Shown here piece after piece: positions 24,791 to 24,900 of a stretch of DNA of 24,900 nt. The stretch is from positions 1 through 24,900 of IMG/VR virus record IMGVR_UViG_3300042363_000005; one strand, written 5' to 3'. Made by a program: the position numbers and the translations under genes. Position 1 is the stretch's first letter. The number at the start of each line of letters is the position of its first letter. The stretch comes from a virus (taxonomy: Duplodnaviria; Caudoviricetes). Under the pieces are notes generated by a model that ran no database searches, was not told the DNA's origin, and worked only from the letters and a program-made list of their open reading frames with translations.

Positions 24791-24900
24791 TGCCTCAAAT
24801 ATACTCTAAAAAATGAGTCATAGATCTCCGTGCCTACATTTTTTCCCCTCATGAAGCGGTATAGCTTGGCATAGTTGACATTCATGTCCTCAGAAAGATG
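24778..24900 (-). CDS. Partial Cro/XRE-like HTH protein (N-terminus beyond right edge)
   Basis: ...HLSEDMNVNYAKLYRFMRGKNVGTEIYDSFFRVYLRQWNS*. Confidence 0.55.
   Translation of the reverse strand, partial: HLSEDMNVNYAKLYRFMRGKNVGTEIYDSFFRVYLRQWNS
24796..24803 (-). promoter_or_regulatory. Host-type -7 element upstream of the Cys-protein/sigma operon
   Basis: TATATTTG followed by 5 nt and ATG 24790; no clear -33. Confidence 0.5.

Noticed and set aside
1-24900. Stop-codon reassignment, diversity-generating retroelement, introns/inteins or invertible fibre cassette
   Set aside because: TAA, TAG and TGA all end well-packed genes; core genes are intact and of normal length; no reverse transcriptase, recombinase or long duplicated segment was seen.

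Overview
A 24.9-kb segment of a tailed dsDNA phage, probably siphovirus-like. A Bacteroidota (Flavobacterium-like) host is inferred from TAnnTTTG promoters, no obvious Shine-Dalgarno sites and a BT4734/VirE-type primase. Nearly all genes are on the minus strand. In transcription order they are: partial HTH gene, two small Cys-motif proteins, an ECF-like sigma factor, terminase small and large subunits, two tail-tip proteins, tape measure, tail terminator, a short tail fibre, a neck/tail-completion protein, an inverted pair of paralogous chaperone-like genes, prohead protease/scaffold, major capsid, tail tube, portal, adaptor, holin, amidase, putative unimolecular spanin and a 3'-5' exonuclease. 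After these come a repeat-rich intergenic region, small early genes, an HNH endonuclease, a DnaA-domain-IV-like protein, an iteron-rich putative origin and a >750-aa primase-SF3 helicase that runs off the left edge and is absent from the ORF track. The most notable signal is five copies of AACA-N15/16-(T/C)AATATAGGT placed 0-2 nt before the start codon of each structural module. This suggests a phage sigma-dependent late regulon making leaderless mRNAs, with the modules in a non-canonical order. No integrase, tRNA, rRNA or CRISPR array was seen. Protein family calls come from motif recognition by eye, not database searches.
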